From Vermamoeba vermiformis (Eukaryota): DNA of 64,000 bases. The DNA lies in the NCBI GenBank assembly GCA_045837725.1, contig JBEWZL010000200.1, forward strand, positions 124,001 to 188,000. The letters run 5' to 3'. Shown piece after piece: positions 13,575-28,502 of this stretch. Made by a program: the position numbers and the translations under genes. The notes beneath the pieces were generated by a model. The model saw nothing but the letters and a program-made list of their open reading frames with translations. It searched no databases and was not told the DNA's origin. Each line of letters begins with the position of its first letter. Position 1 is the stretch's first letter.

Positions 13575-15422
13575 TTATGACGAGTACTGCAAAAAGAATG
13601 AGTAATTGTTCATCACAGGCTGTTGCTGCACTTCTACGGCCCCGTTGACTATCATATTATTCGATAGAGTTTGAGGTTGTGCGTAGGGATTTCCATAAAA
13701 GGCAAGTGCGTTGTGTAAATTTCCATTTTGAAAGTCCTTCAATGTCGTCAGGGCCATCAAGTTGTCTAATAATTCCAGCATCAAATCGAAGGTGTTATAT
13801 TCTGGGGCTTGTTGCTGCAAGTTTGTAAACACGTAGTGAAGGTACTGAAAGTCACGTGACAGCCAGATCTGTTCGGCGGGATCCGTGATCTGCGTGTACA
13901 ATTGGGCCACGACGTGAGTACACTGCGATATCTCTGCGTTCATATTGTGCGGCATATTAACGGCACTGAGGGCTTTAAGACCGTAGACTAATATGCCGTA
14001 GAATCGGTAATGCGAGGAGTCTCGTAGTTGATTCAAAATGGACTCCAGATGCAGTACGTTATCCCACATAATTCTGCATAGAATACTGTTAGTAATGCTA
14101 TTAAATAATTTTATGACACTATTATATCGTACCTTAGTGCATTGCTATCCTCGGCGGTGACGAGTTGAGTTAATCTGGGCAAAGAAACAACGACACGACT
14201 AACATCTTTCAGAAGCATAGTCTCGATCTATTAATTAAATTTAGATTATATTCAAGACATAAATACAATATTAACTTACCTTGCCGTTATTTGAGCCGGT
14301 CTCTAGCTTTGTTAACCACAGATCAGTTTTGCTGCTCTCACATGGCTGGAGCAATACCATCCAAAACGCGATTCTACACCATAATATATTAGTACTATTT
14401 TTAAAAATAATTAGAAATTATTTTGCTTACTCTTCGCTGGTTTGAAGGTCCAAAAACTTGTCGATGCCGATCACCAAGTCTGCCGCGCGTTGCCAAAGCG
14501 GCAGAATAGCTTCAAAGTCTCCATCTGCTTTATGAAGGAACATACGATAGACTAAAGTGAGAATCAATCGTTTAGCAGTGTCGGATTGGTTTCGACATTG
14601 CTCGATCTTGGGGAGCTTGAGGAGCCCATCTGTGATCTGTTGAAAATGCGTTGCAAGCTCGTTCTCTCGTCGAAGCTTCGAACCTGAGACAAAAAAATGA
14701 TTAGAACCCTTTGAAAAGATCCAGAAGAAAAAGAAAACGATCCAAATAAGGAAATTTTGTAAACTTCTAAAGACGGACTTACCTAACGCGAATATTGAGC
14801 TATGCAGCATCGATTGCGATAAAGAATCCATAGTTGCTGCTTGATTACTTGTCAGAAAGTCTTCCGGTAGGCTGTCGATCAGTCGGTTCCAGATTAACGC
14901 TGAATATTCAAGAGTGTATTCTAGAGTAGTGCTAGGCATCAGTGCTTTCATGACATGCGAAAATGAGTTGGTTACTGCAGCCACGGCGTTTAAAACGTTC
15001 GCACAAAAGTCTAAGGTGCGCTTTGAAAATGGCGGACGGCGATTGAAAACTGCGACCGGCGGAGAATTGATAGGCGACTTATTCCGATCTTTCTCTTCAT
15101 ACATTTTTCTCCAATATTCTACGAGTTGTTTTTGCACTTCTAATTCAGCTTCAAGCGCATCCACTCGCTTTTGAAGTTTTCCTACGAGCCCGCCTTTAGG
15201 CTTAACGGCAGGCGAGTTGTATTCGCAAGTAATTCCTCGTTTTCTGCATTGAAAGCATGGCAGTTTGCAGTCACATTTGATCTTGCGCCTCTTGCAGTAA
15301 TCACACGCCGGCTTCTTGGTAGATGGGTTTGGATTTGAGCTCGGATTCGATCCATTGCTGTTCTCAGAGGTATTGTCTTCTGATAGAGAATCAGCATAGT
15401 CTTCGTCTGTATGGTGCTCCAT
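13575..15422 (-). CDS. Zn(II)2Cys6 (GAL4-type) transcription factor, paralog 1 of 4
   Basis: KKPACDYCKRRKIKCDCKLPCFQCRKRGITC followed by a coiled coil. C-terminal WLSRDFQYLH motif and exon layout are shared with the other paralogs. Confidence 0.88.
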
Positions 15423-16099
15423 ATTGTTTAGAACGAAAAACAAGCTCCGTTAAAGGAGTGACACTGTTTTACTCAAAGGCCACGTGAAAGAAACATTTCG
15501 AACGTTTGTAAACTTCCAAAAAAGATGATGAAGTTCCAGAATACCGAAGTATATTTTCAGGGCAAGCTCGCAGTAATTCTTTCCGTTAAAGAGCTCTAGG
15601 ATGTTTAGCTCAGCTGAATCTAAAGGAATCTGTTCGGATTAATTGTTCGTGACCCATGATGCTTGGATTCGAATAATCCCTACAGAAAGCGTTAGTAGCT
15701 GTTACCACAATTTTGCGCGAGGAATGTTGATTCTTCGATTGCCTTGCAAACCGAAATAGCTTCTTTTCAAATCCAACAAAAACTACAAATAATTCAAAAA
15801 AATTCGAATTTTATCCTTAAATCTTACTTAAAGACGTCTTAATATAGAGCGAATTTTAGGATGCGTAAAAAATTTTTTGTGCTGACCGAGCGGATTCAAT
15901 TCCAGAAGGTTCTGTCCGACATCCGAAGCTAGACTCTGCAAATAACATGCTAGTAATCGATGATACGGCTCAATCGAGTGGAAATACTTCATGTTGTAAG
16001 TTTTCATGGGAGGTATTACTAATTGTTCAAAACAAAAATACATTTTTATTTTTGAAACGAGCTCCAAAGAGATCCCGTTCGAGAGTTCGCTCGAACCAT

Positions 16100-17853
16100 T
16101 TAATTGGTCCATAATTGCTCATGGTAAGATTTTGCATTTCTATTGGTATTATTGGGCTCGTTTTTGACGTAGTAATCATTTTCTGGTGACGACATCCGCA
16201 TGATAATATTGTACAACACGCTTAATGTTGAATTAAGCGATTTTTCCTCTTTAAATTGACTTTGTGACTTTGAGAGGATGAAATGAAGGTACTCCAAGTC
16301 ACGTGACAGCCACACTTGAGGCGAATTATTGATCTCGTTGTAAAGCTTTAAAGCTATTTCTATGTACTGATCAATCTCGTTGTGGATTGTATTATGCATA
16401 TACATCGCGAATATCGCTTTTAAGCAGTAGATCCATGCTCCAAAGAAGTAATAATAGAGCGGTTGCAATTTGTCTAACTTTGCTTCTGCCTCATTGATAT
16501 AATTCCACACATAACTATATCCATTAGTACGTGTGTTTTTAAACTATTCTACCTTACATATTATACTCGGGATCTGCTTTGTTCCTCGTCAAAGTCAGTA
16601 CAACTTGCGAAATCACTTGCAATAACAGCCGTTGGGGTTGAAACTGATTATTAATAATTAGTACCATCATTATTGTACATTAATACCTTACGTTAAGACT
16701 GTACTCGCAGGTTAAAAGGGACGGATGTGCATCCGTGCTGAGTCTTGGATCCACAAGTCCTAAACACAAAGTGAATCTGCACAAATTAATTAATTAATGT
16801 CCCAAACTGTGCGCTATTCTATCTCGGAAATCTACGTACTCGTCAAACGAATCGTAATCCAGCCCTGGTTGACAAGCCATCAAAAGCGAGGATGTGCGCT
16901 GCCATATTGACGGGATCTCGATGTAAAATCCGTTGATCTTGTAATAGAACATGGTGTATACTAACGAGAGCGTCATTTGCTTCAAGGCATCGTACTGTAA
17001 CGACGAGATCTCGATCTGACTTGCGATCTCGAGCAAAGAATCAAAACACTGATTGAAATGAACGGCGAGGCCTTCATCCACGGTATCTATCAGCAGAATA
17101 GAGCCTATGATACGAAGAAGAGTTAGTAAATGGTTTGTAGCCGTGGCCGCCAGATCGCGTCTTAATTCTCAAAAAGGAAATTTCAGTCGTGTAACGATCA
17201 AATTAATCAATTGTATAGTGCTTGCCTAGCGCGAATATGCTGCTATGTAGAAGCATCTGAACGATCGTTTCTGTAGTCGTTGTTGTGGCCTTGATATTTG
17301 CAACTAAATCCGCTGGGGCGGTGCCGATCAATCTGTTCCAAAAGATCGAGGCATATTCTACGTCGTATTCGGGCGTGTTCAATGGCATGATAGCTTTCAT
17401 GACGTCCAAAAAAGCCTTTCTTATTGAAGATACGGCAGCTAAAACGTTCGAGCAGAATTCCCTTGTGGATTCGCTCAGCGCTGGTCTATCAGATGCATTA
17501 TAAGGCCTATTCTCGTTATTTTTAGAGTCATGTTCATTGATGTGGTATTCTTTGTCTTCATATAAATTGCGCCAATAGTCCGCTATCTGTTTTTGTTCTG
17601 CGAGTTGAGTCCTGAGCTGATCCACTTGTTTAACCAATTTAGCAATTACTCCAGTCTTAGGCTTAGCAACGGGTGCTATATATTCGCAATTAATGCCTCG
17701 CCTAGTGCATTGAAAGCAAGGCTGTTGACTATCGCACTTGATTTTGCGTCGCTTGCAATAATCGCAGGCTGGCTTCTTTGTAGCAGCAGAATTTTGGTTT
17801 AATTCGGCTAGGTCTTCGTTATTGCTATTCGTTTCAAGGCTAGTTTCATCCAT
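16100..17853 (-). CDS. Zn(II)2Cys6 transcription factor, paralog 2 of 4
   Basis: KKPACDYCKRRKIKCDSQQPCFQCTRRGINC; HSSIFALG at the exon end; WLSRDLEYLH. Confidence 0.88.
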
Positions 17854-19293
17854 CGGATATGGGATCTAGATTTTAAAAATAAAATAGAATAAAATGTTTT
17901 TTTGGATCGGTGTTCCTATTTATGTCAAAAAAATTGAATCATGACGAACATACCCGCTAGTTCTCGGTTATCGAAGATTTATTCGTAGTTGTTATTGTGT
18001 CACAAAACATTAATGCAATGATTCGGTTAGTCATGACTTCAGCTTAGACTAATTTGTTTGTCAGATCTAATGATTTTGATTTTCTAGCGAACTCTATTAT
18101 ACAACAAGACATTAAATATATGACTATTTGCGCGGACATAAAGCTTTTCGGGCATTTTAATCTACAGTTCCGTCAACGCGGTCATTAGCGGGATCGGTCT
18201 TAACTTTTGTTTTTGAAACATTTTAAGTCATTAACATATATACAGCAGTATATACGACCTATCTAATAAGAATCCGCTTAGAGCACAATTAAAGATTCGT
18301 GGCTACAAGAAAAAGTTTTTTTTTGCTTTATAATCCATTCTGTTTGTTCTTTAGCGACAAACACATCGAATAAGGCACAAATAGTCATGTTTAGTTAAAA
18401 ATATCGATCGATAGTGATTAGTGGTCTATATCTGGATGCATCTTAAAAAAAAGTATCGCGACAGTCTCAGACAATAGCCAGAAGAATTTGCCGTACTTGG
18501 TAACTTTGCTTGACCACGAATTGAAAATTGATCTGTCACGTGATAGCGCCAATCCAATCCGCTTAAGCCTAATTTCGCCGTGGGATTCAAAGATAGAAAA
18601 TATATGCAGATCCGTACCTGCCTTCACTCGCCAGCAGTTTCGAGCTAAGCAAGAGCTCCTCAAGTTTGCTTATTGCATACAATGCATGGGAGGTAGTTCG
18701 GGACCTACGCATCCGAAGTATTTCCTAAAATAGAAACATCAATGTTGAGATCTCTCTAGTTTTATAAACCCGCCCTGCTTGATAGCGGAAATTAAATTAA
18801 TTTTTATATGTCAGCGGGATGTTTATACCATACACAATAGTATAGGACCAAATATTGATGTTAGAGTCGTACACGAATAATTTCATTAATTTTTCAATAT
18901 CGAAAATAAATCAAGGACGATTTAAAAAGTAAATCTGCCAATAAAAGGTGCTTAAGAGATTTAAAGGAATTATTTAAAAAATATTTGTATCGTTTCAAGC
19001 CTTTACCTGGTCCGTTTCCGTTCCTCTTCATCTACCACAACCGTGGACGCGCCGAATTATAACATAATCCTGACTATATGCACATCGCAATGCAAAGTAA
19101 GCGCAAACAATATTGGAATCGTTGTGTTTGCATCCGTCTGCGATAAGAACAACTGCTGAAACTTTCTTGCGCGTGATTTTACGAGCTTAAACTATACTCG
19201 AGCAAAGTTCTCAAAGGTATATTTGTGGTACGCAAGTAGTAGCAGCTTGCAATAACCATGAAGGGGTATCGTAGTGCGAAGAAAAAACATTTA

Positions 19294-21088
19294 TTAACAA
19301 TTCATCAGATCCGGTCCTGCAATGTTGTAATTAAATCCAATTGCAAGAGGGGAGTTCTGAACCATTGGGTGTACTAAATAAGAGTCCCCATAATCACCGC
19401 TGTCGCTACTAGCACTATATCCTTCGTACTCTTGCTCGCCGGGAGGGGCTATCATAATGATAATATTATATACTACATCGAGCATATGTTTGTAGTGTTT
19501 GATATTCTCGGCTTGTTCCTGCTTGCTTGATAGCACGTGGTAAAAGTATTCAAAGTACCGACACATCCACAACTGTTGCGACTGATTCGGTATGTGGGCG
19601 TATAATTGTGCGACAATGCTGACACATTGGGCTACTTCATCGATTGCATTTTGGCTTTGCGGCAGAGTTGTTGCGCAAAGCGCTTTCAGACCGTAGATCC
19701 AGACTGCCAGAAATTTGTAGTAGACAGAATCTCGGAGACGATTCAGCGCGAGTTCAAGTGAATTAATGTTCAGCCATTGCCGCCTGGGAAATACAAATTT
19801 AGAAAATTAACTTTATGATTTACCAATAATTATGTTTAAACTTACGATGTTACACCGGAATTTGAATTAGCTTCTAGATTTGTCAATCCGACGTACGATA
19901 ATGAAATATTACGCAAAAATGTGAGTTCTCTCTATAAGGAGAATAGATTAGATTACTACGGCGGACCACTCATTAAAGTCCTTACGCTGTCTATCGTTGA
20001 AAGTTTGTGCAGCCAATAGTCGCGATCATCGGCCTCTATCGGAGCGAACACCGCCGTCCACATTATTATCCTATTAAATCTTGCGGTTACAACTCTGACA
20101 ATTTGTTTTGTGCGTGACAAATTGACACTTACTCGTTCACATGAGTTTTATCTCGTTGCAATTCAATCTGAAGCAATAAATCTTTCGCGCGCTGCCAATG
20201 CGAGCATAAAGTATTATAATCAGATGTTAATACGTCGTAGAATACGCAATAGAGCTGAGATAGGGCGCATTGTCGAGTAAGATCGTTGTTTGTGTTACGA
20301 GTCCAATGGGATCTTAAGGCATTGAGGATCGATTCGGATATTCCTTGAAAGTGTTGGGCAAGATCGTTGTATTGAATCAACAGGGAACCTACCACGATAA
20401 AAAATTAGCGAAATTCTATCGATCCCACACTTTTCCGTAAAAGGAAATGAATTCAAACTTTGAGCCATAAATTAGACGGGTTACCTATAGCAAAGATCGA
20501 GCTATGATTTAGCAAGGGAATTACCGACTCTATTGATAGAACGTCGATTTTGCGCGAAAATTCTTCCGGATTAGAGTTGATCAACCTGTTCCACAGCATC
20601 ATGGAGTATTCTGGGCAGTAATCGAGTGTATTGCAGGGCATCAGAGGCTTCATCACGCTAATAAATGCTTTCATGACAGACGTGACTGCGGTAGCAACAT
20701 TGAAGGAGAAATCCGAAGATCTCTTTGAAAAGAGCGGTCTCTTCCATTGATTTGTCGATTTGACTTGCACCTTCTTGACCTCTTTAGCTTCGTACATCGA
20801 TCGCCAATAATTAGCCATTTTTTTGTTCTCTTCTAATTCAGATGCGAGGTGCGTTAGCTTTGAAGTAAGCTGGGAAATGACGCCGCTCTTTGGAAGTGGG
20901 GCAGGACCTTCATAGGTGCATTTTAGCGCCCTTTTTTGGCACTGGAAGCAATCGGCGAGGCCATCGCACTTGATTTTACGTCGTTTGCAATAATCGCACG
21001 CTGGCTTCTTGTTGGATTTGGCATCGTACTTCACGATAGGCTCGTCCGTAGACAATTCTGATAGGGCGCAATCAGGGTCTATTACCAT
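19294..21088 (-). CDS. Zn(II)2Cys6 transcription factor, paralog 3 of 4
   Basis: KKPACDYCKRRKIKCDGLADCFQCQKRALKC; HSSIFAIG; WMCRYFEYFYH. Confidence 0.88.
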
Positions 21089-21604
21089 TTGCACGCTTTT
21101 ATGGTGGTGTGTAAGTGCAGCACAAATAACAGAAAAGATTTTTTTAAAATTTTTAAACAATTTATACCTTTGCAAGTCTTAAATTGTCAATCAAGTCTCG
21201 ATGTGTCGAACGCGATAAGAAGGTCTTTAAACATTGCTCAGAGGTTTTTCTTTTTGTAAGATGATTATCAAGATTGCCCGCATTAAAAAAAATTATTGCA
21301 ATCTTTGAAAAACCTCAATCGCCGAAGTTTTATCGATAAAAAGTTAATATATTGCTCATAAAGATCTTTGAAAGCCTGAACGATTTCCAATGCAAAGGCG
21401 CTAGTCTACTTTCAGACCAAACTGAAAAAAAAAATCCGGCTTGGGAATTTCCCATTCGAGATGAACGGTTATGGAAGGCCTGCGTAGTACGAAATGTGTT
21501 AAGAAGGAACCCAGTATTCTGCCACATAATAAATAATTATTAACTGTTATTTTTAATTCGAGTTATTTACATGAGTTATATTGTACAAGGAGGCGAAAGC
21601 TATA

Positions 21605-23426
21605 TTAACAAGATGTTGCAAAAGGCGAGTAGATAACAAGTGGATGCATGAACTGATTCGAGCTGTAATTATAAGGCAAACTTTCCATCGAATCCGCATC
21701 TGACGACGAAAGATCAGATCCGTCGGTACTCATCTCAGCAGTTGGTGAGGTCAAAAACATGAATTGAATGTTCTCAACGACATCCAACATGAGATCGTAT
21801 CCATAGATATCGGGCATCTCTTGCTGCAACTCGGTCAAAATGTGGTGAAGGTACTCGATGTCGCGGGACAACCAAACTTGTTCAGAACTGGTAGGGAGCT
21901 GTGTATAAAGATGTGCGACGATCTGAGTGCATCTAGTAATCTCTTCGTTCATTTCATGCGGCATATTAACTGCGACTAGAGCTTTGAGTGCGTAGATCAG
22001 CACGCAGTAGAACGTGTAGTTGGATGAGGCTTGAACATTAACTAAATGGCTCTCAGCTTCGATAACGAGGTTCCATGCTTGTCTGAGGATATTAGTTAGC
22101 TTAAATAATGGTTAAGAAATGTATAATTGGTAACTTACTGAGCGATGGATTCGGTTCCCAGATGCAGTTGGGACAAAAGGCGGAAACCGAGCGTAATATT
22201 CTTCAATAAGATTGACTCAATCTAGTGACACAAAGAATTAATTAATTTTCTAGGTTTGAAATATCTCGATTCACACTTACCGTTCCGTTCGTAGCTTCCA
22301 TCTGGATGAGATCGGTTTGGCTTGTTGGAGCAAATAGCATTATCCAAGCTGAAATTCTATTATACAATAGCATGAGTATCGGTGTCGATGAAAGATCGCG
22401 TTAAATCTAGACTTACTCGTCAGATGTGTCTTCGGCCAGATTCGAGCCAATTTTTCCAATAAAGTCGGCAGTTTGTTGCCATTGCCAACCAATAGACGTA
22501 TACATGCCGCTGGCTTTGTAATAAAACAAGCAATAGATATGAGCTAGCGCTACTTGTCGGGCAGCATCTGGATTGACTTTGCAGTAATTTTCGGCAATGT
22601 TTGTTGTTGACAACAAACCATCGGCAATTTGATGGAAATGAACGGAAAGATCATCGTCTTGGTGCAATCGAGAGCCTAGTATACAAAGATACTGTTAGTC
22701 ATCTCAATGTGATTGGCTGTCACTAAATTGGGCTCGTTCATGCACATGAACGGGTCATTTTCTAAAAAAGGTTGTTTGGGAAAACTTTTAACCATGCCGA
22801 ATAACTTTTAACCACGATGAATAAATTTTAATACTAAAGTAAATAAGCTTACCTAATGCGAATATTGAACTATAATAGAGCATTTCAATGATCGTGTCGA
22901 GATTCAGGGATCGGATTCGGGCGACGACTTCATCAGGTCTGCTGTCCACCAATCTGTTCCATAGCATTGTAGCGTAGGTCAAGTTATATTCGGTAGTACT
23001 AGCAGGCAATAAGGCACGAGTTATATCGATAAAAGCGTTGAGGACCGATGAGACAGCATCCGAAACATTTGAACAAAGTTCTTTTGTTTCAATGCAGAAC
23101 TCTGGTCGTGCAGCGCATACTGATTCGCTCTTATTGCACTTCTCGCACTTTAGTTCCTCGAATTGAGCTCGCCAATAGTCAGCCAATTTTTTTTGTTGTT
23201 CGAGTTCAGATGCGAGTCGGCAGACGCGTTTAGTGAGACGAGCGACCACGTTGCATTCGTTGGTAGTATTATTGGTGCTATACTCGCACTTTAGACCACG
23301 CTTCTGGCATTGAAAGCAATTGGCAAGACCGTCGCACTTGATCTTTCTCTTCTTGCAGTAGTTGCAGGCAGGGCGCTTAGAAGATCTATGAATAGCAGCT
23401 TGAGGGTCAGGAGTTAAGTAGTCCAT
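21605..23426 (-). CDS. Zn(II)2Cys6 transcription factor, paralog 4 of 4
   Basis: KRPACNYCKKRKIKCDGLANCFQCQKRGLKC; YSSIFALG; WLSRDIEYLHH. Confidence 0.88.
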
Positions 23427-24898
23427 GGTATTGTAGTCGTAGTTGTTAATCTGTAAGTCCGCCGAAAAAAAATCGAAGAAGTTCGATCTGCTCTTGAGGC
23501 CTCTTGTTCTCTTTGCTTGAATAATCTGAATGGTGTCTCCGATCAGTTATTTATACTTTTTTTTCCGGCGGAATATCAGTTTTGATGCGTTACACGCGGT
23601 AAAATTCACAAACTCACCTGCCCGTACGCATCGGGTAAGTCACGCATCGCAGAATGGCTTAAACCAACGGCTATAGGCTGCCGTAGCTGTATAACAGCTA
23701 ATAACATCGTTTGTAGCTTACGATGGATACCTTTCGCGACAGCAAAGAGTACAACACCGGATTTACTCGGGTGAGCAGATTCGTTAGTGGATGAAAAAAA
23801 GGAGCGATCTAATCCTGTTAAAAAATAGATGTTAGTACGTAAAGTATCTAAAGGTACACGAGATTATTTTCCTAACCTTCAAAGTGAACTTTTATTGGAA
23901 TCGCTCGTCGCCCAGCTAGATCTCCGTGGTTTCTACCGGTGAAATTCATCCCAGGGCTCGGAGTCACGTTGATTTAAAGATAAAAACGTAGTTTTCGCGA
24001 CAGCTACCGAGTTCTCTGGCTTGTGAGTTTTTTCTTATCGAGTGATCCGCTGTATTAATTATTAGTAAGAAAATATGTTGTGTAATTAATTAATCAGATG
24101 TCAGTGAAAATAGACAATAGCACGGTAATAAATTGTAATATTGCAGATGCTACCTATATTTCTAATTAATAGATATGATAATTGTGTAAATAATTTTAAT
24201 TACTTACCCGCGGAACGGACTCACTTTACCACGGCGTAATTCTCAAAAGATTCGTTGATAAAAAATAATCGTGCCGTTGATTAATAACATTGTTGATAAT
24301 GCAATCGACAACAAGATTTGTAATTACTCGATCGCGAAGAAAAGTCCAAATTTAATGGCGCCACTTACAAGTCATCGACTTAGTAATATTATGCTGTCAT
24401 ATGTTACAAGTTCAGTAGTTCATTGTTTAATTGTGTTTGTGGTTGTGGTTGTGGAGCACATTAAAAAATAATTTAGTTACACGATCTATTTTGAATAACA
24501 CAATGAAGTGTTGGACTGGCAAATAACTCCACGTAGATTATTACGTGCATTATAATGCGCTTGTGGAAATGGTTAACTACGGATTTGCTTTGACGAACAA
24601 ATTATTGATTCTTTTTTTTCTGGTGCTGCTTCAAAAATTGCATTAATATAAATTAAAATATTAGAAGGCATTATCGTAATACTATATATTGCGTTATTAG
24701 AGTCTGATTTAGGGCGGGTAATTGAATTATTTATCGCCACGTGACTTTTCCACGTGATCATCACAAAAACCGGTGACTTTCGGACCATTGTGATATTAAC
24801 TCACTACTTAATGCACCACCACTAGTCCCAAATTATTTTGCCGATTTATTGGCAAAGCAGATCCGAAACGAAAAATCAAGTAATTCACAGGATCCTAA

Positions 24899-27800
24899 AT
24901 GGGCAAAAAGAGGTAAATTGGAATACCACTTGTATATCACAAGTATCAAAAATATTTATTTCTTCCACCGAGATCTTGTAACAAAGTTTTAATTTTACCT
25001 AACGATCTCAGAAAGAAAATTTTTTGCATGTCAATGGCTAATTAAAACAAATATATTATTCTTATATTATTTTAGTGTCCTTAATATTATTGCACGCAAA
25101 ATAACAGATTTTTATTTTTCAGGTGTTGCGAGCAGGATAAAATTCACTGCTCTAAGCGTTGTTCGCTATCCTTTATTCGGATCCGAACGGCATTTAAAGC
25201 AACCTTAGCTATAATGGCTGCTTCTGTATTTTGGTTCGTTCCACAGACCTACATTGTCTTGGATTCGTCCTGGTCAGTGTTGATGATTATTTTGGCCGGT
25301 ATTTCATTATCAGCGAGCCATAGTCTTGGTGGATCTATTCAATCTTCTAAATACCTTCTTGCTTCTGGTAAGTTCCTTTTCGAATCGCGATCTAATCGAC
25401 CTTACGACTTTTCGATTCAATTCATGAAACTCACCGGATCGCAATGAAAAAATGTACCAAGTTGACTAAGGCTAATGAATTTTTATAGGCATTTTGGCGG
25501 CTATACCGAATTTGATCTTCTATACGGTTACACGCGACAATCAATGGCTCGGGATCGGATTGTTTTTCTTTTGGACGGCGTTAATCGGCCTATTATACGT
25601 AGCTGCCGATACAACGCTAACGCACATCACATGCATCAGATTCGTCGCATTGAACTTGCTCATGGTCTTCGTTTTTCCGCCGAAGTTCGATCCTACGGCC
25701 CGTAATTATTATTACTCGCCGCCGGTCCAGAACTTGATTATGATGGTCGTTGCGTACTTGTTCTGCGTTATTACGGTGCTAATATTCCCAACGAGATGGG
25801 TCGTCAAGCTGCCAAACGAGTTTTCCCTCACTTTGAAGAGATGCAACAAAATGTTTGAACTCTTAGTACGACTCTCTAGATTGCCGAAGAAGACCATAGA
25901 GTTGCCCAGATTGCATGAATTAATAGCAGAAGGAGATAGCATGGCGGAGGTGAAGAGATCTATTCTCCACGAAGAACTCCGACGAGAGATCGACCAAGAA
26001 AAATTAGCAAACCTGTCTCAAAAGCTTATCAAGGACGTGCGATGGTTGTCCTCTATCTTAGCCGAGGCCAAATTGGAAAGGTAAGCGCATTTAATTTTCC
26101 GGATGTACCTGCCAGTACGCGATCACGAATTTAATCGGATAAATTTCGGTTATTGCATTCTTTTAGCCGCAATATTAATGTTCGTTGTAGATGGGTCAAT
26201 CCTGAGATATTTGCTGCTGAAGAAGAAATTATCAGAAAACTGGATGGGCTCGTCGGCCATTTAGTTACGATGAGAATTGCGTTAGGCCATGGCTTCATTA
26301 AGACTACAGTCCATGATATATTCCCAAAATTAATGCCGCAGTTCGATTTGCTTCAGAATAGAGTAAGCCAAACCACCAGTACTGCCTTTTCCAAATCAGG
26401 AAATTAATTTTTATCAAATTTAGTTTTACGCGCATATCGATGCGACGAGAGAGAAGTTAACGGACGTGTTCTCGAAGAAACAAAAGGATTATAATCGCGT
26501 AGAAGAGTTAGATACGATTTTAATCGAAGCAAGCAGTCCGAATCTGCTCAAAGAGCGAAGAAACAAATCCGCAAAACCGCTTAGAAGCCTCGTGGACGTT
26601 ATCTCAGACGAATATATTCTTCAAATCAAAGAAATGGAGAATAAGCGCGAGCTGCAAGTCATTCCAACGAACGAAGTTGGTCGGATGAACTTTTATTTGT
26701 GGCGGCTGATCGAGCTCGTCGACAAACTGCAAGCAATTGAAGATGCAGTAACGCAATTCGGAGAAAAATTACGCGGGGATAATACTTGGCAATACAGAAA
26801 TGTTATTGGACACGTGTTGGCTTATCCTTTTTACGACATCTATTTGGTGTTCCGAGATCTGACCCACGGTTCGTAAAATTGCCGTAAAAAAATAATGTGG
26901 ATATAATATATAATACTAACGATATATTTTAGCTTCTGGAAGGCCGCAAAAGAATTACCTGAAAGGGTTGAAGGAGATCTGGCACAACGAACAGTGGAAG
27001 TACCCAGTACGCCTTGCATTCATTGTCAGCGCGGTCAGTGTCGCTTCCATATTTGGTAAGTGGCACCTACGACATATTAATACTATGCCTAGTCTTACTG
27101 AACTATTCCTCTAGTCTCCACGGTGTTGCCAAATGTGCGTGCCTATTGGACCGCAGTCACCATGATTGTGATTCTCACGCCGTCAGTGGGCGCAACATTA
27201 AAGCGCGGCATTCACCGTATTATCGGCACTATTATCGGCGCTATAGTGGCCTGGCTGACGTTAATTATGGCGACCTACACTGATCCCGTGGCAATTCTTC
27301 TCGCGGTGACTTTTGTCTTCTGCTTCTTCGCTACATATGTTCAATACAGTTCTTTATACCAGAAGCCTTATTCTATGTAAGTAGAATTAATTGACGGATC
27401 TACATCCAGGTCTTTATCTGAAACACTAAATTAATTTTTATACTAGGGTCGTAGCAATACTTACATTCTTAGTAATTGCTTATTCAGCCTATCCAAACAT
27501 TGATTATCGTGATTGGGGACCACCTCTATACAGATTCTTAAACATTCTTGCAGGTAAAAGCAAGATCGCGACCAGACAAAAAAAAATTGAATGACCAGCA
27601 ATAATAGAGCGCATATTAATACATTATATCTTCTTTAGGTGTTGTTATTGGTATATTAGCAACATTGCCACTGCCGATGTTAACTTTCAGACGGTTACGA
27701 TCCAGCTTCATTTCGACGGTCGAAAAAAGTGCTGCAATTATGCAATCAACACTCGTTGTCGATCAATTGGTCAATAGACACGATGAAATTTCAAAGAAAA

Positions 27801-28502
27801 TCAAAGAGATCAATGCTATTGTTAAAGTACAAAGCAGGTAAGTGTTGCGTTGCCGGATCCAAATTTTATCAAATTTATTTTTGAGTTTTAAAGCACCATA
27901 ATTCTATCAATAGCTCAATATCGATATATTAGTATTATAGTATTCATTTTTTAATGTTTTAATGCTTCCTTAGTACGATTTTAAGTCGTGATCTGATCTG
28001 TTTTTTCATCAGGTGGTTGAAAGAAGCTAAATCTGAGCTATATTTCCATCGCAAAAAGCGAAGAACATTTATTCGTATTATGGAACATATGGCTAATTTG
28101 GCGTTCTTATTGGTGGCCGTTGAAGAAGTTTGTCGCGGTGGATTCAGCCAACAAATGATCGAGGAAGTCTATGAGCCCTTAAGACACGACTTTGCATATA
28201 TTTCTGAAGTAGCGGAAATACAGGCTCATTTATTCAAGGAATTTATGAGGTCTGACAAGCTACATCCAGCGCATCGAGTTGCCGCCAGAAAAATTAAATC
28301 GTTCTTGAAGAAAATTCAAAAGCGCCATGAGAAGACTAGGAAGCATGAAGTTGATTTAAAGAACTTGCACAAATTGCATCCTGAAATGATCAAATTTAAC
28401 GCATTTTTGTACACGATCGGCTCGCTGATTCAAGAATGGAGAAAGATGATGGATCTGGCGTCGGAAATTAAGCAAAAGAAGAAAATGAAATTAAAGCTGT
28501 AA
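24899..28502 (+). CDS. FUSC/ALMT (aromatic acid exporter-like) multi-pass membrane protein with two hydrophobic modules
   Basis: An ATG micro-exon at 24899 splices in frame to RTAFKATLAIMAASVFWF. The second module reads WKYPVRLAFIV...AYWTAVTMIVILTPSVGATLKRGIHRIIGTIIGAIVAWL...YRFLNILAGVVIG, typical of FUSC_2/ALMT. Confidence 0.8.

Noticed and set aside
15828-16112. 94-aa ORF overlapping the stop of Zn2Cys6 paralog 2, considered as a frameshifted extension
   Set aside because: It has no similarity to the other paralogs' C-termini, and paralog 2 already ends at a comparable length.
17860-19290. Long spacer between Zn2Cys6 paralogs 2 and 3 with short ORFs, considered as a fifth degenerate copy
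   Set aside because: No cysteine cluster or shared family motifs were found on either strand.
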